The notes beneath the pieces were generated by a model, which did not search any database, was not told the origin of the DNA, and saw nothing but the letters and a program-made list of their open reading frames with translations. Shown here piece by piece: positions 38,901 to 56,055 of a DNA stretch of 64,000 nucleotides. Origin of the DNA: Paraspadella gotoi (Eukaryota > Animalia > Chaetognatha); the NCBI GenBank assembly GCA_051294375.1, contig CM119267.1, positions 4,049,260 through 4,113,259 of the forward strand. The letters run 5' to 3'. Position numbers and translations under genes: made by a program. Numbering within the stretch: the stretch's first letter is position 1; the number at the start of each line of letters is the position of its first letter.

Positions 38901-41900
38901 GCGTTGTGTTGCTGTATTCTCCATCTTCGCTGATTCGTTTCTAGATGTCATGCCCCTGCTTCTCGGGGTCGACCTTGCTACCCCGGCTTTCCCCAAGTCG
39001 GCGCCGACCTGTTTCGGCCAATACTTCCTTATACGATTCTCCAGACTTGGATGTTTCTTTTTGGAGGAAGATGAGCTCGCGTCTTTTCTGATGCTACAGG
39101 TTTGATACCTTTTCGCCGCAACAAGATCTGCTGCTATTCCATCAGATTGGACTTGTCAACAATGGAGAGAGTTCCGTTCTATTGACGGTACTGGCGAGCT
39201 CAAGAGGGGATGGAGCCTGGTCAAGGCGCTCTATATTCGCTACATGGGTGGATGGCTTCTCCACCAGATTTTGGACCTCTGCGCAAGACAGTTGTTTGTC
39301 TGCGCAGTTCGTGCTGTTGTTTAGGCCGCAAATCAGCCTCTATTTACAAGCAAGCAGTGCGGTCCATGAGAGATGCTGGTGCCATTGCGCACTCTGTATT
39401 GCATTCAGCAGATGGATTGCGTCTCATCGTTTCTCTCAGAGTTCCGATGCGGATCCCGAGCTCGTGGCTGATCTGGAGGCCTTGGCGGCCCTCTCAAGGA
39501 TTCAGCGACCATGTTGCCTCTTCCTTCAACTCAGCCTTAGTTGAAGTCGGCGTTCCTTTTTCCAGTCGGCTCCCAAAGAGCTCAACTACTCTTTTGGAGT
39601 TTCTGCTGCGATTCACTCCTTCCTGTTCAGGAGTCAAGCTTCTCGACCTAATCCTTTTCCAGGATTCTAGGTAGCGGTTTCAACCCCAAGTCCAGAGGGC
39701 TTTCAGAACTGGCCACTAGTCTACTTCCTCGACCAAGCGTTCGGGAGGGGGAGTCGGGGGCGTCATAGGACGCCAAGTGTCTCCTCGATGCTCCAGTTCG
39801 GCTGTTGCCTCTTTCGGCTTTTCAGGAAGATGCTGCGACCAGGAGTTTGGGCAGCCTCGATTGATATCCTCTGCACGAGGATCATCGCAAGTTTTGCCTT
39901 TTATTTGGAGAGGCAAGATCTACCTGTTCAGGGTTCTACCTTTCGGTTATGCTACAGGCCCTTGGTTGTTTCCAAGGCGACTCGCCCTCTGGTGGCCTGG
40001 CTTCGTGCAGAGAGGCATTCGATGTCTGTTCTACATCGACGATATTTTATTCTGGGCACGTCCATGGGGGAGTGTTTATTCAACACCCGAGTGGCTCTGC
40101 AACTTCTCTTCAGAGCGCACTAATCTTTCGCTTTTTACTAAAGATTTCCGTGGAGAGGAACACTCAAAGAGTGTTTTATTTGTTTTACTTTCGGGAAGTA
40201 TAGGATGCAGGCTTCGTCCTTCCCCCAAGAAGTCGAGTTTAGTCCCTGCTCAGAACTTCGAGTCTCCAGTGGGACGGGGCGCTTCACCAAGTTGCGCTTC
40301 CCCAGCGAAAGATCTCTGCCCTCAGATCTCTGGCTTCATCCCTCTTGGAAGGGATCACTCCATCAGCCCATCAGTTCTTCAGCTCATGGGTCATGTGGCT
40401 GCAGCCATCCCAGCGTCTCCGATTTCTCGCTGCAGGTCAGCGCGGATTCAGCACGATCTCTATCTTGTTTATCGTTCAGAGAGGGATTTGGAGAAGTTGG
40501 TTCTCTTCTCGGAAGCTGCGAAGGAGGAACTTCTTTGGATTTCGATTCTCAATCCAAGGGCTTGTTCAGCGCCAGTCGACGACCTTCTCTCGGAGAGTTG
40601 CACTTCGGAGGTGACAACGGACGCCTCCATTGATGATGGGGCTTCCTTTTTCGCGGAGTCCTTCATCAGGAATTTGGGAGGATGCGTTTGCCCCTCTCCA
40701 TATAACTGCGAAGGAGTTCATGGTTCTGCTCAGATTCCTACGTTCCTTCGGAGATCAGATTTGCGACAACAATCTTCTGTGGAAGACGGACAGTTTGGTG
40801 TCCCTTGCTTGTCTCCGACGCTTTTGCAGCCGCTCGCCATCTCTCCACGAAGTTGTGAGAGAAGCTTTTCTAGCAGATTCGCTTCAGATCCGGATCGTGT
40901 GTTCATGTTCCCTCAGAGGAGAACCTGGTTGCGGATGCGGCTTCTCGCGAGAGAGCAGTTCAGGATTGGCACTTGGACCCTCAGGTTTTTTGCCGGATTG
41001 CCAAGATCTTCGGTCTTCCTCAGAGCAACCTGTTTGCGACGAGTTCCTCTCGTCAGGTGCCCCGATTCTTCTCTTGGAGGATGGAAGAAGATGCGGAGGA
41101 GCTCGACGCCCTGAGTCAAGTCTGGGTTTTCGATCGAGCCTTTGTTTTTCCTCCCCTCCCTTTGATCCCTCGAGTGATCTTCAAGTTGAGGGAGGCAGTG
41201 GGGGAGTTCCTGTTGGTGACTCCGTTTTGGCCAGCCCAGAAGTGGTTCCCGTCTCTACTGATCTTCATGTGCTGGAGGTGCGCCGCCTACCTTGGTCTCG
41301 CCGATTGGTGGTCGACCTGGCCTTGGACGACATTCCGTCGCTCCTAGATCGCCTCAAGTTGGTCGTCTGGAGGATTATCGGCGGCGCACGGACTCTCAGA
41401 CGTCAGCAATTCGACCTTTCTTCTCATTGTCAAGAGTTGGAGATTCTCCGCTGGCTTGGAAGTCCTTCGTCTCTTTCCTTCAAGGTCGGGACCTTCGAGG
41501 AGATCAAGCTTCTGTGAAGGGTGTGCTGGATTATCACGCCCATCTTAGTGACAACGGATTGTCCTATAGCACCATCTTTTTGCATAGATCGGCGATTTCT
41601 GCGACTTTGCCTTTGGTGGAGGGTGCTCCTTTCGGTCAGCACCCATTGGTTTTGCCGTCTACTCAAAGGAGTTTTTCAGCTACGGCCTCCTTCGCGCCGG
41701 GATCTACCCAGCTTGGAGTGTGGCTGCGGTTTTGCGCGTTTTTGATGTGATGCCATTTCCGCTATCACCTTATGACATTCTACGCAAGACTACGTTTCTT
41801 GCTTTGGCTTCCGCCAGGCGACCTTCTGAATTGGTCTCCTTGCGATGTGGTCCAGACCACATGTTTTTGGTTGAGGATCACGTACGTTTCGTGCCCTCCA

Positions 41901-44274
41901 GGCTTTCCAAGACGGATCGGATTCGTCATCTTGGCCCTGTTTTTCGTTTGGATCGACTGACCGGTTCTGTTCGATGCCCGGTCCTGGCCCTGCATTCCTG
42001 GTTGTCCGTCAGACAAGTTCTACGGCCTCAGCACGATTTTCTCTTCTCTTCCCGGCGCCGCCTCATGGACCTTTGTCTCTCCAGCGTTTTTCCGCTCTGA
42101 TCAAGTCAGTCTTTAGAGATGCGGACATTGACGCGCCTCCTGGATCAACTCGCGCTATGGCAGTTTCAGAGGCCTTCGCTAAAGGAATGGACTTGGACGT
42201 CATTCTTCGTGCTGGAGATTGGTCGGGCGCTCAGACTTTCTTCCGTTTTTATTGTCGGGAGTCGGCTTGGGGTTTCTCTCAGCGGGGTCTTGTGGATGAG
42301 TGATTTCTCTTTCCGATGCATCCTGGAAGATGGAGCTGAGAGGAGGAAGAGGAGGAGAGGAGCAGGAGGAGAGGAGTCTGCTCCTTCTGCTTTTCTCTTT
42401 TGTCTTTCTTGTGGACACACGACATCTGGAACAAAAGAGCATTGGCGTGGTGGAGAGGAGCATGAAGAATCCCGGTTCCACTTGGAACCATAAATTTTCT
42501 CTAAAGGGTCTGCGCAAGTCCTGGACGCGACCGCGGGAAAGATGAGGCGAAAAAGCCCAGCCAAGTCGCGACTCTCGACCGCAAAGAACCGGAGATCATC
42601 GCGACAGAGTTTACCACTTATTCCGTTAGACCAGTACGCTTCTACCTTTTTATTGGGGTGGAGGGGGAACATAGTTTTCTGGATCATAATCTTATTCGAA
42701 TCGTCAAATTGTCATTAGGTTGACCACTCGCCTCCTCCGTCAAAGAAGCGCAAATCGAACGAGACGGAAACAGAAGAGCCAGAAGAAATATACACGATTA
42801 CAACTCGTTACAGAGAAGATTACGAACTTTTGATGATGGTAAAAGACGTCAGTAAGCGAAGACAATTTTTGGTGGGAGATCTTAAACTTTCCTAATCCTT
42901 CACCGCAGATCAAGCAAAAATTGGACCTGACCCGCTTGACGACCGAGGAACAGCGCGCGCAAGCCAATCGCGTGACTCTGAACGAAGTGAGCCACGCGAC
43001 GATCTTCCCCAGAATCATCGCCCCGCCTCCTATCGCGAACGGCCCGTCTTTACGACGCATTCCGCCACCCGTCCGGCCCGCCTTAACTTCGACGTCGCCT
43101 TCGGGACCTTCGGAACGCAAACCGGACTCTACGACCAACGGACGTCTCGATCAAGCGGACGAGCGAATTGGCGAAAAAGACGAAAACCTCAATGCCGTCG
43201 CTTTTGGCCGCGTCGAGGAAAATATGGAGACCATCGGGGTGGAGGAGGATGCGGCCGTCAAATCTCAGCCTTTCACTTTCATTAAAGATTCTGGTAAAGA
43301 GTTCTTTTTTGAAATTGATGAGGGAGAAAACTCGTGTGTCCATTTGGGTTTTTTTTTTCTTTTTTTCAGAGTCGCGATCGTCTGCCTCAACCGAGATTCT
43401 TCCGGATCTGTACAGCATTTTCGACAACAATTCCGGCTCCGTTTTTGACGATGGCGGAGAGAAGAGCACGCCGAGCGTGACGAAAGCAGCGCCGGCGCCA
43501 CTCGCAGGCGATGACAACAACAATTCAACGAAAACGACGGGTGTTCGCTCGATTGCTGAGTGGTTGTCGTCCTTCGGAATGATCGCGTACACCGACGATT
43601 TTGCTAAACGCGGTTTCAAAAACGTGGAAGACTTGAACAAATTCGATCGAAAGGAGATCGAGGCGCTCAAATTGGCGCCCGCTCACGCCGAGGTCATCTG
43701 GCGAAAGATCGAGGAGTTGAAAAATCCCGTGGAAGCCGTGTCGGCGCCGTTGGCCAGGATGGAACTACGGGGAATGAGTCGTTTCAAGAAAGACACGGCC
43801 GGTTCGACGCCGACGATTGCAGAACCCGAAACTGAAGCAATGCTTCAGACTCAACAGTTGGCCCCGGCGTTTTCAGCTTTAAACCGTCGACGATCAGGTC
43901 GTTTGACGAGTTCCCAGGATGTTCGTTCCCTCTCGCAACCTACGGGCTCTCCTCCTCGCGCGGCCGCCGAAGCAGCCGCCGGAATTTCGTCTTCGCAGCC
44001 TGCTGAGGGCCGGGCGAACGCGACCCAGCGTCACGTCACGAATTCCTTGGAGTCTCTGTCTCGTTCTTTCGGTTCGCTCTCCAAGTTCTTGCAAGATCAA
44101 GTCGGGTCGTTCGGCGTAAATTCGAGTCAGGGCTCCCTGGGGGCGGCGGGAAGGTCTGGCAGCAATCTCGCTTCTGTCGGAATTGGAGCGGATGGCCCGG
44201 AAGTCGGCGGTTGCGGTGTGATCGAAGTGAAAAAATTCACCTTCAAACACTCGTTTTCCGTGAAAAGGGATTAA
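35978..44274 (+). CDS. p53-family transcription factor, p63/p73 type (DBD, oligomerisation, SAM, TID-like tail); multi-exon; start uncertain
   Basis: IPPNCDYAGPHGF, VTRCPNH, FMCNSSCTGAINRR, spliced FGLRVCASPGRDR; oligomerisation EEIYTITTRYREDYELLMMIKQKLDL; SAM SIAEWLSSFG...IWRKIEELK; tail VIEVKKFTFKHSFS. Confidence 0.92.
37530..37695. repeat. DIRS left inverted terminal repeat
   Basis: Reverse complement of 42299-~42465, e.g. cacaagaaagacaaaagagaaaagcagaaggagcagactc...gcatcggaaagagaaatcact. Confidence 0.92.
37802..38108. repeat. ~22-bp minisatellite (gatattcctgttgaaatacttg) inside the DIRS element
   Basis: About a dozen degenerate head-to-tail units with no spacers. Confidence 0.85.
38677..38764. 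other. DIRS internal complementary region (ICR)
   Basis: 5' half (gcattggcgtggtggagaggagcaacatgatagaa) is complementary to the left end; 3' half (atttatggttccaagtggaaccgggattcttcatg) is complementary to the right extension. Confidence 0.9.
42299..42496. repeat. DIRS right ITR plus right extension (rE)
   Basis: Inverted copy of the left ITR, overlapping the YR stop codon (42301-42303), then gaatcccggttccacttggaaccataaatt. Confidence 0.92.
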
Positions 44275-44823
44275 TATTCGGGCTTCTATTTTCTTGGGCA
44301 TACATATTACTTAAGCACAAATCTGCAAGGTTTAATTTGACATAATATTTTGGCACAAAAGCCTTTTTTTTTTTTTTTTGTTTTTTTGTTATTATTATTA
44401 ATTCTTCAGACGATTGCTACATTTTGTTCCCTTTGAATGAAGCCCTCTTCTTATTACCTCAATAATTAAGAATTTTATTAATATTTAAAGAGTTCCCATG
44501 CATAATTCTTTTACGAAAACTTCTTGAAGCTTATTTGACAAAGTTTATACAAAGTATATGAAGATAAATTTTAATACAAAATGTACGATTCCCCCCCCCT
44601 CCCATGTCAAAATCCGTCACGTGCCTTTTTTGTCATCCACACTTCAATCGTGTGGTTTGAGTGATATTTTTAGTTCATGACTTTACGTCGTTTTACATTT
44701 TTTCGTTATATTTTCAGATCTCACTTCCAGCTTCGAGGTTTTGAACTACTACAGTTCTACATGACATAATTTTTAACCGACCCACCGATTCTTTCATTCT
44801 TTGTTGCTCATCTTTGATAGAAA

Positions 44824-47800
44824 ATGGCGGCTGCAGTCGCAAGCGACGACGATAAGCGACGACAGATCAGTGTCCGTCACATCGCGCAAGTCGGCGAAGT
44901 CAACGAAATCAAAAAGGGTTTCAATCGCCACTTGCATTGCACGATCACGAAGGACAGGATCGTCGCCACATCGAGGTGAGGCATATTAGGGTGAGAGTTT
45001 CTTCCACTTTTTTTATCCAGCGGAAACACTAATAAATGGTTTCATTTTCATAATACAACTCTGTAGGGATTATTACCACGCTTTGGCTAACACCGTTTAC
45101 GATCATTTGGCCGGAAAATGGATTCGAACCCAACAACATTACTATGAAAAAGATCCTAAGAGGGTAAGTTTATCATTCTCCCTCCGAGAGCGACCTGCTC
45201 CACTTGTCCACGCCAATCTCCTTTTAGGTGTACTACCTCTCCCTGGAATACTACATGGGTCGTTCCCTAAGCAACTCCATGCTCAATCTCGGGATCCACA
45301 ACGCCGTCGACGAAGCCATCTACCAGCTGGGGCTGGACTTGGAAGAACTGGAGGAAAATGAAATGGACGCGGGTCTTGGCAACGGGGGCCTCGGAAGACT
45401 CGCCGCTTGTTTCCTCGACTCCATGGCCACACTGGGTGGGCGAAGGAATGGCGAAACTCTTTTTATTAATGTATTAATGTATTAATGCTTTTTTAATTTA
45501 TAATCGCAGGCCTTCCCGCCTACGGATACGGACTTCGTTACGAGTACGGCATCTTCGCTCAGAAGATGGTCGACGGCTGCCAGCGTGAGGAGCCCGACGA
45601 TTGGCTTCGCTTCGGCAATCCCTGGGAAAAGGCCCGGCCTGAAAATATTCTACCGGTTCAATTTTTCGGCAAGGCTGTCAGGTAAGTCTTAGATAGAAGG
45701 GGGGGGGGACATTCCCTAATTTAATCGAAATTTCCGTTACTCAGAAACGACGATCGCAGCGGAAGTTGGACGGAATCGTACGTCGTCATGGCGCTGCCAT
45801 ATCACACTCCCGTTCCTGGTTATGGGAACAACAATTGCAACACGTTGCTTCTGTGGTCGGCGAGCGGAGCCAAGTCTTTCGATTTGAGCTACTTTAATGA
45901 CGGAGACTACATTCAGGCCGTCCTCGACCGCAACAAGGCCGAAAACATTACCCGAGTGCTCTATCCCAATGACAATGTAATCCTTGAACTGATTAATTAA
46001 GTCTATCAGTTACGGTTTAATTCATGAACACTCTCTCTCTCTCCAGTTTTTCGAGGGAAAAGAGCTTCGCCTCAAACAAGAATATTTTATGGTCGCCGCC
46101 AGTCTGCACGACATCGTTCGCCGCTACAAATCCGCCACCTTCGGTCGCAACAAAGTCTCACGAACCAGCTTCGACGAATTTCCCGATAAGGCGAGTTCTG
46201 GTTCCTTCCTTGTCTGAATTGTCTTTTAAATACACAAGACCCGTTAAAAATGAAAAAGTTGTTTTCTAACACCAGGTGGCCCTTCAACTGAACGACACTC
46301 ATCCCGCCTTGGCGATTCCCGAATTGATGCGCATTCTGGTGGACAAGGAGAAAATTCCTTGGGACAAAGCCTGGGATTTAACCGTCCGTACTTGTGCTTA
46401 CACTAATCACACTTTGCTGCCCGAGGCCCTCGAGCGTTGGCCGGTGCACATGCTGGAGAAGATGCTTCCTCGGCATCTGCAAATCATTTACGACATTAAT
46501 CAAACACTGATGGCGGTGAGAGAAGGCTGCTAGAGATCTTTTTTGTTCGCAGAAAATGAGACTTCTCACTTTCTTCAAGATGGTAAGCGAAAAGTTCCCG
46601 GGGGATTTCGACCGAATGCGCCGCATGTCCTGTGTGGAGGAAGAAGGCGAAAAGAGAATCAACATGGCGCATCTGGCCATCGTCGGGTCTCACGCCGTCA
46701 ACGGCGTCGCCGCCATCCACTCTCAGCTTCTCACTACCACCATATTCAAGGATTTCTACGAGCTCTTTCCCGAAAGGTGGTGGCAAGAAAACATTCGGGG
46801 ATTAATTTGTTACAGGGATTAATTTTTGAGAAGTTTCAAGTTAGAGAATAAAGATAATAATTATTAAACTTTATTCTAAAATGTAATCAGAATCCATTAA
46901 CTCTTGGCTACAGGTTTCAAAATAAAACAAACGGCATCACTCCCCGTCGTTGGCTCTTGCTTTGCAATCCCGGTCTGTCGGACCTCATTTCCGAGAAAAT
47001 CGGCGAGGATTGGGTCAAGAATCTCGATCAGCTGAAAGAATTGAAAAACTTCGCCGACGACGCCGTCTTTCTTCAGGTAAAGATGCTCTTTTGGTCTGGG
47101 TCACGTGATAGCCTGTCTCGCTTGACCCACGCGATCGATCCTTCATTGTTCTTTTTCTCTTTTGTTCTCTCCTTTGGTTTTCTTCTGTGAAAAATCAACG
47201 AAGCTTAATTTCCACACGCGGAGACGCTTTCGCTCCGTAAAACCCTCGAATCAAAATTTAAAATCGATTGCGCCTGCAAAGAAAAAATGAGTACATTTCT
47301 TCCACCAGAATTTGGCGCAAATCAAAGCCGAGAACAAAACCAAGTTGGCGAATTACCTGAACAAAACCTACAATGTGGAGGTCAATCCCACGACGTTGTT
47401 CGACATCCAAGTCAAGCGCATCCACGAGTACAAACGTCAACTTCTCAACGTTCTTCACGTGATAACTTTGTACAATCGCATGAAGAAAGACCCGGGCGGT
47501 GATTTCGTCGCTAGGACCGTGCTCATCGGAGGCAAAGCGGCCCCTGGTTAGTTTTATGTCCTCGATTTGATTTGTCGCGTTTAAACATTATTTTTTCGTT
47601 TCAAGTTGCTTGATATTTTACATATTTTGCTAGGAGTCAATTTTTTTTAAGAATCACGCTGAAAGTCTCAGGTTATGTAGACTTACCTCGTGGTGGCTGA
47701 CTAACTTGTGTCATTGTTGACTTCATTAAAGATTCAGTGGGAAACTCAGCCTGATCTCTACTGTTATGTTTTCTTCCAAAGACAAAATATGGTGATTGCT

Positions 47801-49071
47801 AAGTCTCTTTTAAGGTTTAACTCCTTAATTTCGTATTTTGAAAAACTGAAGGTGTTTAAATCGGGCATAATAAACGGAGGCTATCTTTAATAATGGCATT
47901 TTTGTTAAAATAATTAAAATTGTACTTATTATTCATACGATGTGCGAATCCATATGGCTATGTCACGATCAATTATTCATCATTTACTTCGTTTTCTGTT
48001 ATTCCTAACGTAAACCCCTTTATTATAGGCTATCATACCGCCAAGAAGATCATACGTCTTATCACCTCGGTTGGCAATATCGTTAACAACGACCGCGACG
48101 TTGACGGTCGTCTCAAAATCATCTTCCTCGAGAATTATCGCGTCTCCTTTGCCGAAAAGATCATTCCGGCCGCTGATCTCAGCGAGCAGATTTCCACGGC
48201 GGGTACGGACGGAAAAGTTGGGTGGTGGGTCTGGGGAGATTATTCTCACCGGCATATTTATGGGTTGACTCAGGAACGGAGGCCTCGGGCACGGGCAACA
48301 TGAAGTTCATGTTGAACGGATCATTGACCATCGGAACCCTCGACGGCGCCAACATCGAGATGCGGGAGGAGATGGGCGACGAGAATATCTTCATCTTCGG
48401 AATGAACGTGGATGAAGTGGCAGCCTCCAAGAAAGGCTACAACCCCAAGTAATGAAGAGGAACATTATTAGACATTCGCGTTTTGGCGCGACGCGGACGG
48501 TTATTACCGACTACTTGATCGAATTCTCTTTTCTTCAGGAAGTACATCGATGGGGACTCGGAGTTGAAGACTTGCGTGGAGCAGATTCGAAGCGGATTCT
48601 TCTGTCGCCACGAACCCGATCTCTTTTCCGACATCGTCAACATTTTGGAAAATCACGACACTTACATGCTGTGCAAGGACTACCGATCCTACATTGACTG
48701 CCAAGTATGCGTCGTCGTTGCGGAAGTCTCTTTTCGGGTCATTTTTCTTAGGCTTAAGTTTGCCTTTCTTCGTTAACAGGACAGAGTCGCCAAACTCTTC
48801 AAACGCCCTATGGAATGGACGAAGAAAGCGTTATACAACATCAGTTCTTCAGGTAAAATTATTTATTTTTAAAAAATAAATTCTTTTGTTTAACATAATT
48901 TGTATATATTTCTCTAATGTTTTTCTTATTTTTTTCACAGGAAAATTCTCTTCGGATCGAACCATCGCTCAATACGCCAAGGACATTTGGGATGCTGTCC
49001 CTCTTTGCGACGTGCCACTTCCCTCTGATCCGGCTCCGGCTACTGTCTCCAAGATGTCGTCCAAATCCTAA
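44824..49071 (+). CDS. Glycogen phosphorylase; multi-exon
   Basis: [75 protein letters not shown]. Vertebrate PYG paralog not assignable. Confidence 0.96.
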
Positions 49072-49588
49072 AGGACGCCTCCTATTCTTGACACGACGCC
49101 CTTAAATCTCGCACACAAAAAAACGTGACGATCAATCAGCAATATATAAGATATATCTTCAAAGTTGGTTTTAGTTGTTAGTGACTCGTATTGTTGCGAC
49201 GTGGTGTAATTTTCATGAACATTTGGATCTGGTTTTTGAAATTTAGTTCTTTTTCATTCAGCCTAATAACGCATTATCTAGTCCAAAATATTCTCGTCTT
49301 TTGACGTTAGTGCGTCGATTTTATTTTACATATACGTATTAGTGAAGCGATTCCTTCATGTAATATTTAATTGGAGCCTCGTACTTTAACTTGCTGACAC
49401 TATTAAAGGAAGGTTTCGCTAATAGTAGGGCATTACAGATTGATTATTTCGTTTTTATTGTTTAATTTTTCAAAGCAGATGAGTAAAAGTTTGATGTTTT
49501 ATATTTGGCATAGATCATGTTAGTGTTTTACGAATTTTTCTTCCCTCAGAAAATAGTTTTGATAAGCCCAAAATTTATTCTGTAAACC

Positions 49589-50085
<497 letters not shown>

Positions 50086-50261
50086 GACACTCCCATCGTT
50101 ATTTTTCGTCTTTTGTGTTTTTTAACGCAAGCAGCTTCCCCTTTAAGATGTTTTCAAGTTTCAATTGAATTATTTTAAAAGCTTTGCATTTTAGATTAGT
50201 CAAGGGAAAAAAAAAAACAACTAAAAAACTGTTATCCACGCGCGCGCGAGGGACAAACACG

Positions 50262-50936
50262 ATGTCCGATTCGGATGATCACGAGGCGCGCGTGGATCGT
50301 CTTCGTCGCTCGCTCGAAGACTGGAAAGAGATTTTGGTCGTGGTCAAGGGCGTCCTCGATTGGGACCAGCCCTTCCATCCCGGCGTCATCTTCGGCGTCG
50401 TCACTCTCGACTTCCTGTTGCTGTGGTGGCTCGAACCCACCGTGGTGGCGCTGACGTCTCTGACGTTGCTGGTCTTGGCAGTGGCGGACATGGCCGCGCC
50501 ATTCTTGGCTCCCAAAATCATCCCCGTCGACGCTTGGGGTTCGAGGCAGCAGCACGAGTTTAACGTAGTCTGCGAAACCATCGTCGGACTCGGATCGGAC
50601 ACCTGCGAAATGCTTCACGGTTCGTTAATTGTTCTTTACTTTTCTTCTTTTTTTTTCATTTAATATTTCACTTCCCCCTCCTCCGTTTCCATTTTAAACG
50701 CAGTTTGTCGCGACTTGAAAGCGCAACGGCCACGAGTCTATTTGGCGCTTTCTGTCGTGGCTCTGTTATCCACGGCGTGGTTGGGCTCCACTCTTGGCGA
50801 CCTTTTCATGCTCTACCTGATCGTCCTCGGCTTCGCCCTTTATCCGGGCGCCAAGCGGCACGGCATTGTGGAATCGTACTTCGGGGATATCTCCACCAAA
50901 GTCAAGGACGTCATCTTCAAACCGAAAGAGCGCTGA
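50262..50936 (+). CDS. ARL6IP1: ARL6-interacting protein 1 (reticulon-like ER protein); 2 exons
   Basis: LEDWKEILV...VLDWDQPFHP, WWLEPTVV, WGSRQQHEF, LGDLFMLYL, YPGAKRHGI; hydrophobic hairpins. Confidence 0.82.
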
Positions 50937-52384
50937 GCCTTTCACTTTTTATCCATATCTTTTTTTTTTTCAATAACATAAAGCCATCGCGGTAAGAGCG
51001 ATTCTATATAAGGATTCGCACGAAATTTGGTTGTTTTTTTTTGTTTTTTTTTACCATCAAGTATTCGATTGTATATCCCGTGTCTTCGTTTTAAATAATT
51101 TCAAATTCGACTTGAATTTTCTTTTTTTTTCCGATTGCTTTTTGACGTGGACTTCCCTTTATTTAATGGATGTTTTTTTCTTTATTTATCTTCGTCGTTG
51201 TTCGGGTTCGTCTTATCCATGTTCGGCTTGTTCAGTGTTCATACAGGTGCTTCTTCGCAACCTTGGGACCGTTTTATAACTTTTATCGAGACTAGTGAGA
51301 TATGTTTTATTATGTCAATTTTTAACTAATATTATTTTTAAATCCGTGAAATTGATGTTTGCAATAATAAGGCAAGTACGGATTACAAAAGCTATAGCGA
51401 AATAGTTCGTCTGACATCCTCGTTGTTAGTTTACCCAAATTGTTTGTATAAGTTGCATGTATTGTTGATTTTGTTAAAAATAAAATTATAAACTTTTAGT
51501 ATGTGATTGTTTGCAATTTTTTTTCACACAATTCAAGGAGGTTATAAATTCGTATTTGTCTGTAATGGTTTACAGGAAAATGTATATTAAAAGTTATAAA
51601 CCAGTTTGTTGTTTGCGGTTACGGCCAGCCGACAAGATTAGAGTGTTTGTACGGCATTTTAGCTATTTAAAATAGTTGTAATAGCTAATTATTAGTTAGG
51701 ATTCAATGCTTGTCTAATATTAAACTAAATAAACTTCATTTGAAGCTTGTTGAAAATTAGGCCGATTTAAAAATATTTAACTAAACAGATTAAAGCGTGA
51801 CAAAGCTACCTATAATATTTGTGACTAATAAATTAAAATTTTAGAACAGAAAAATTATTGTTTGTAACTACATAATGCCGAGTTATATCGCGTCCCATTA
51901 CTGCTTGAACACCCAGTATTCGCCATGGTGTCGGTATCGTATGCAGTGTCGAAAGTTGCTTTTTAATTAATCAATACTTAACTGTTAATAGAAAAATTTC
52001 GCAAAGGGTATTCTCGTCCCCTTGTGAATGCATCGCCATTTCAGTATTAAGTTATCAATTTCCGCGTGTGTTTGGCCTCATTTTAATTCAATGTTCACGC
52101 TTTTTATTCTCTCAATATTGATGGCCCCTCCCCCACCCCCCTTCCCTCAATTCAATAGTGATCTCCTGTTTTGGCTCACAAATCGTTTCCATGACGTTGG
52201 GGCATCGTAATTTTCGTTTTAGATGCTTTCCGACAATCTCTCTCTTATCATGGAGTCTTTTTCTTTCTTTTTTTAATACGTATTTACTCTCTTTTGGCAC
52301 ACTAACCATATTTATCGTTTTTATGCGTCTTAGAGATTAAACAAACATTAAACATTAAAGGGAAAGAAAAAAAAGAACTTAATA

Positions 52385-55459
<3,075 letters not shown>

Positions 55460-56055
55460 TTCTGTCTGCCATTATCACAACTATTTTTTTTTTTTTTTTT
55501 TTGCGCATTCCGTTTTTTACCTTATAAGTGCCATTTTTTACTATGTTGAAATGTTATGTTTTGTGTTTTAAAAGTATCTTTAATATTTTTATATTGATTA
55601 AAGTTCGTACTCCTACTTAAGTTTTATGTTCTTATTTTTAGATCCGCCAAAAAATGAATTTGATGGAACTTTAAAAACATTTTAAACGAATACATGGTTG
55701 CAGGCTAAAGTGTAATTAAATATTATTGAAATAGCAAGGCACATTTCTTAAAAAATAAGATAAAAGAAGAATGGAGATAAAATGAGCGAGTCGATTCGAA
55801 ACTGCTTTAAATAACTTAATTAATTGTGTTTAAATGGTTTTATTTTGTGTTAAATGGTCTTTTGCTGAAACGATTCGACTTTCCATTTTTCAGATTTTTA
55901 GATTTTTGATCGGCAGTGCAGGTTTCGTGTCCAATACAAACGGACTTAATATTCGTGAGGTAAGAAACGGTCTTGCTAACTGATCTTTCCCCTTATTTAT
56001 TTTTACCCTAAACTTATTTTTCTCTCCTTTCACTTTATATAATCCATTCGCTAGA

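Larger units (their letters stand above)
37530..42496 (+). mobile_element. DIRS1-like tyrosine-recombinase retrotransposon (RT, RNase H, MT-like, YR); ORFs disrupted, termini intact
   Basis: ITRs, right extension and ICR present. RT LPFGYATGP and YIDD; RNase H TTDAS and NLVADAASR; MT-like LFATSS...FVFPPLPLIPRV...TPFWPAQKWF; YR LALASARRPSEL...GSTR...GDWS...FFRFY. Confidence 0.93.

Noticed and set aside
48203-48273. Apparent insertion [11 protein letters not shown] in the phosphorylase active-site region
   Set aside because: An ordinary GT-AG intron; splicing restores [16 protein letters not shown].
50937-52384. Hidden gene or ncRNA in the long gaps (also 33208-34556)
   Set aside because: AT-rich, with no coherent exon chain or recognisable tRNA, snRNA or SL RNA; more likely UTR and promoter sequence.
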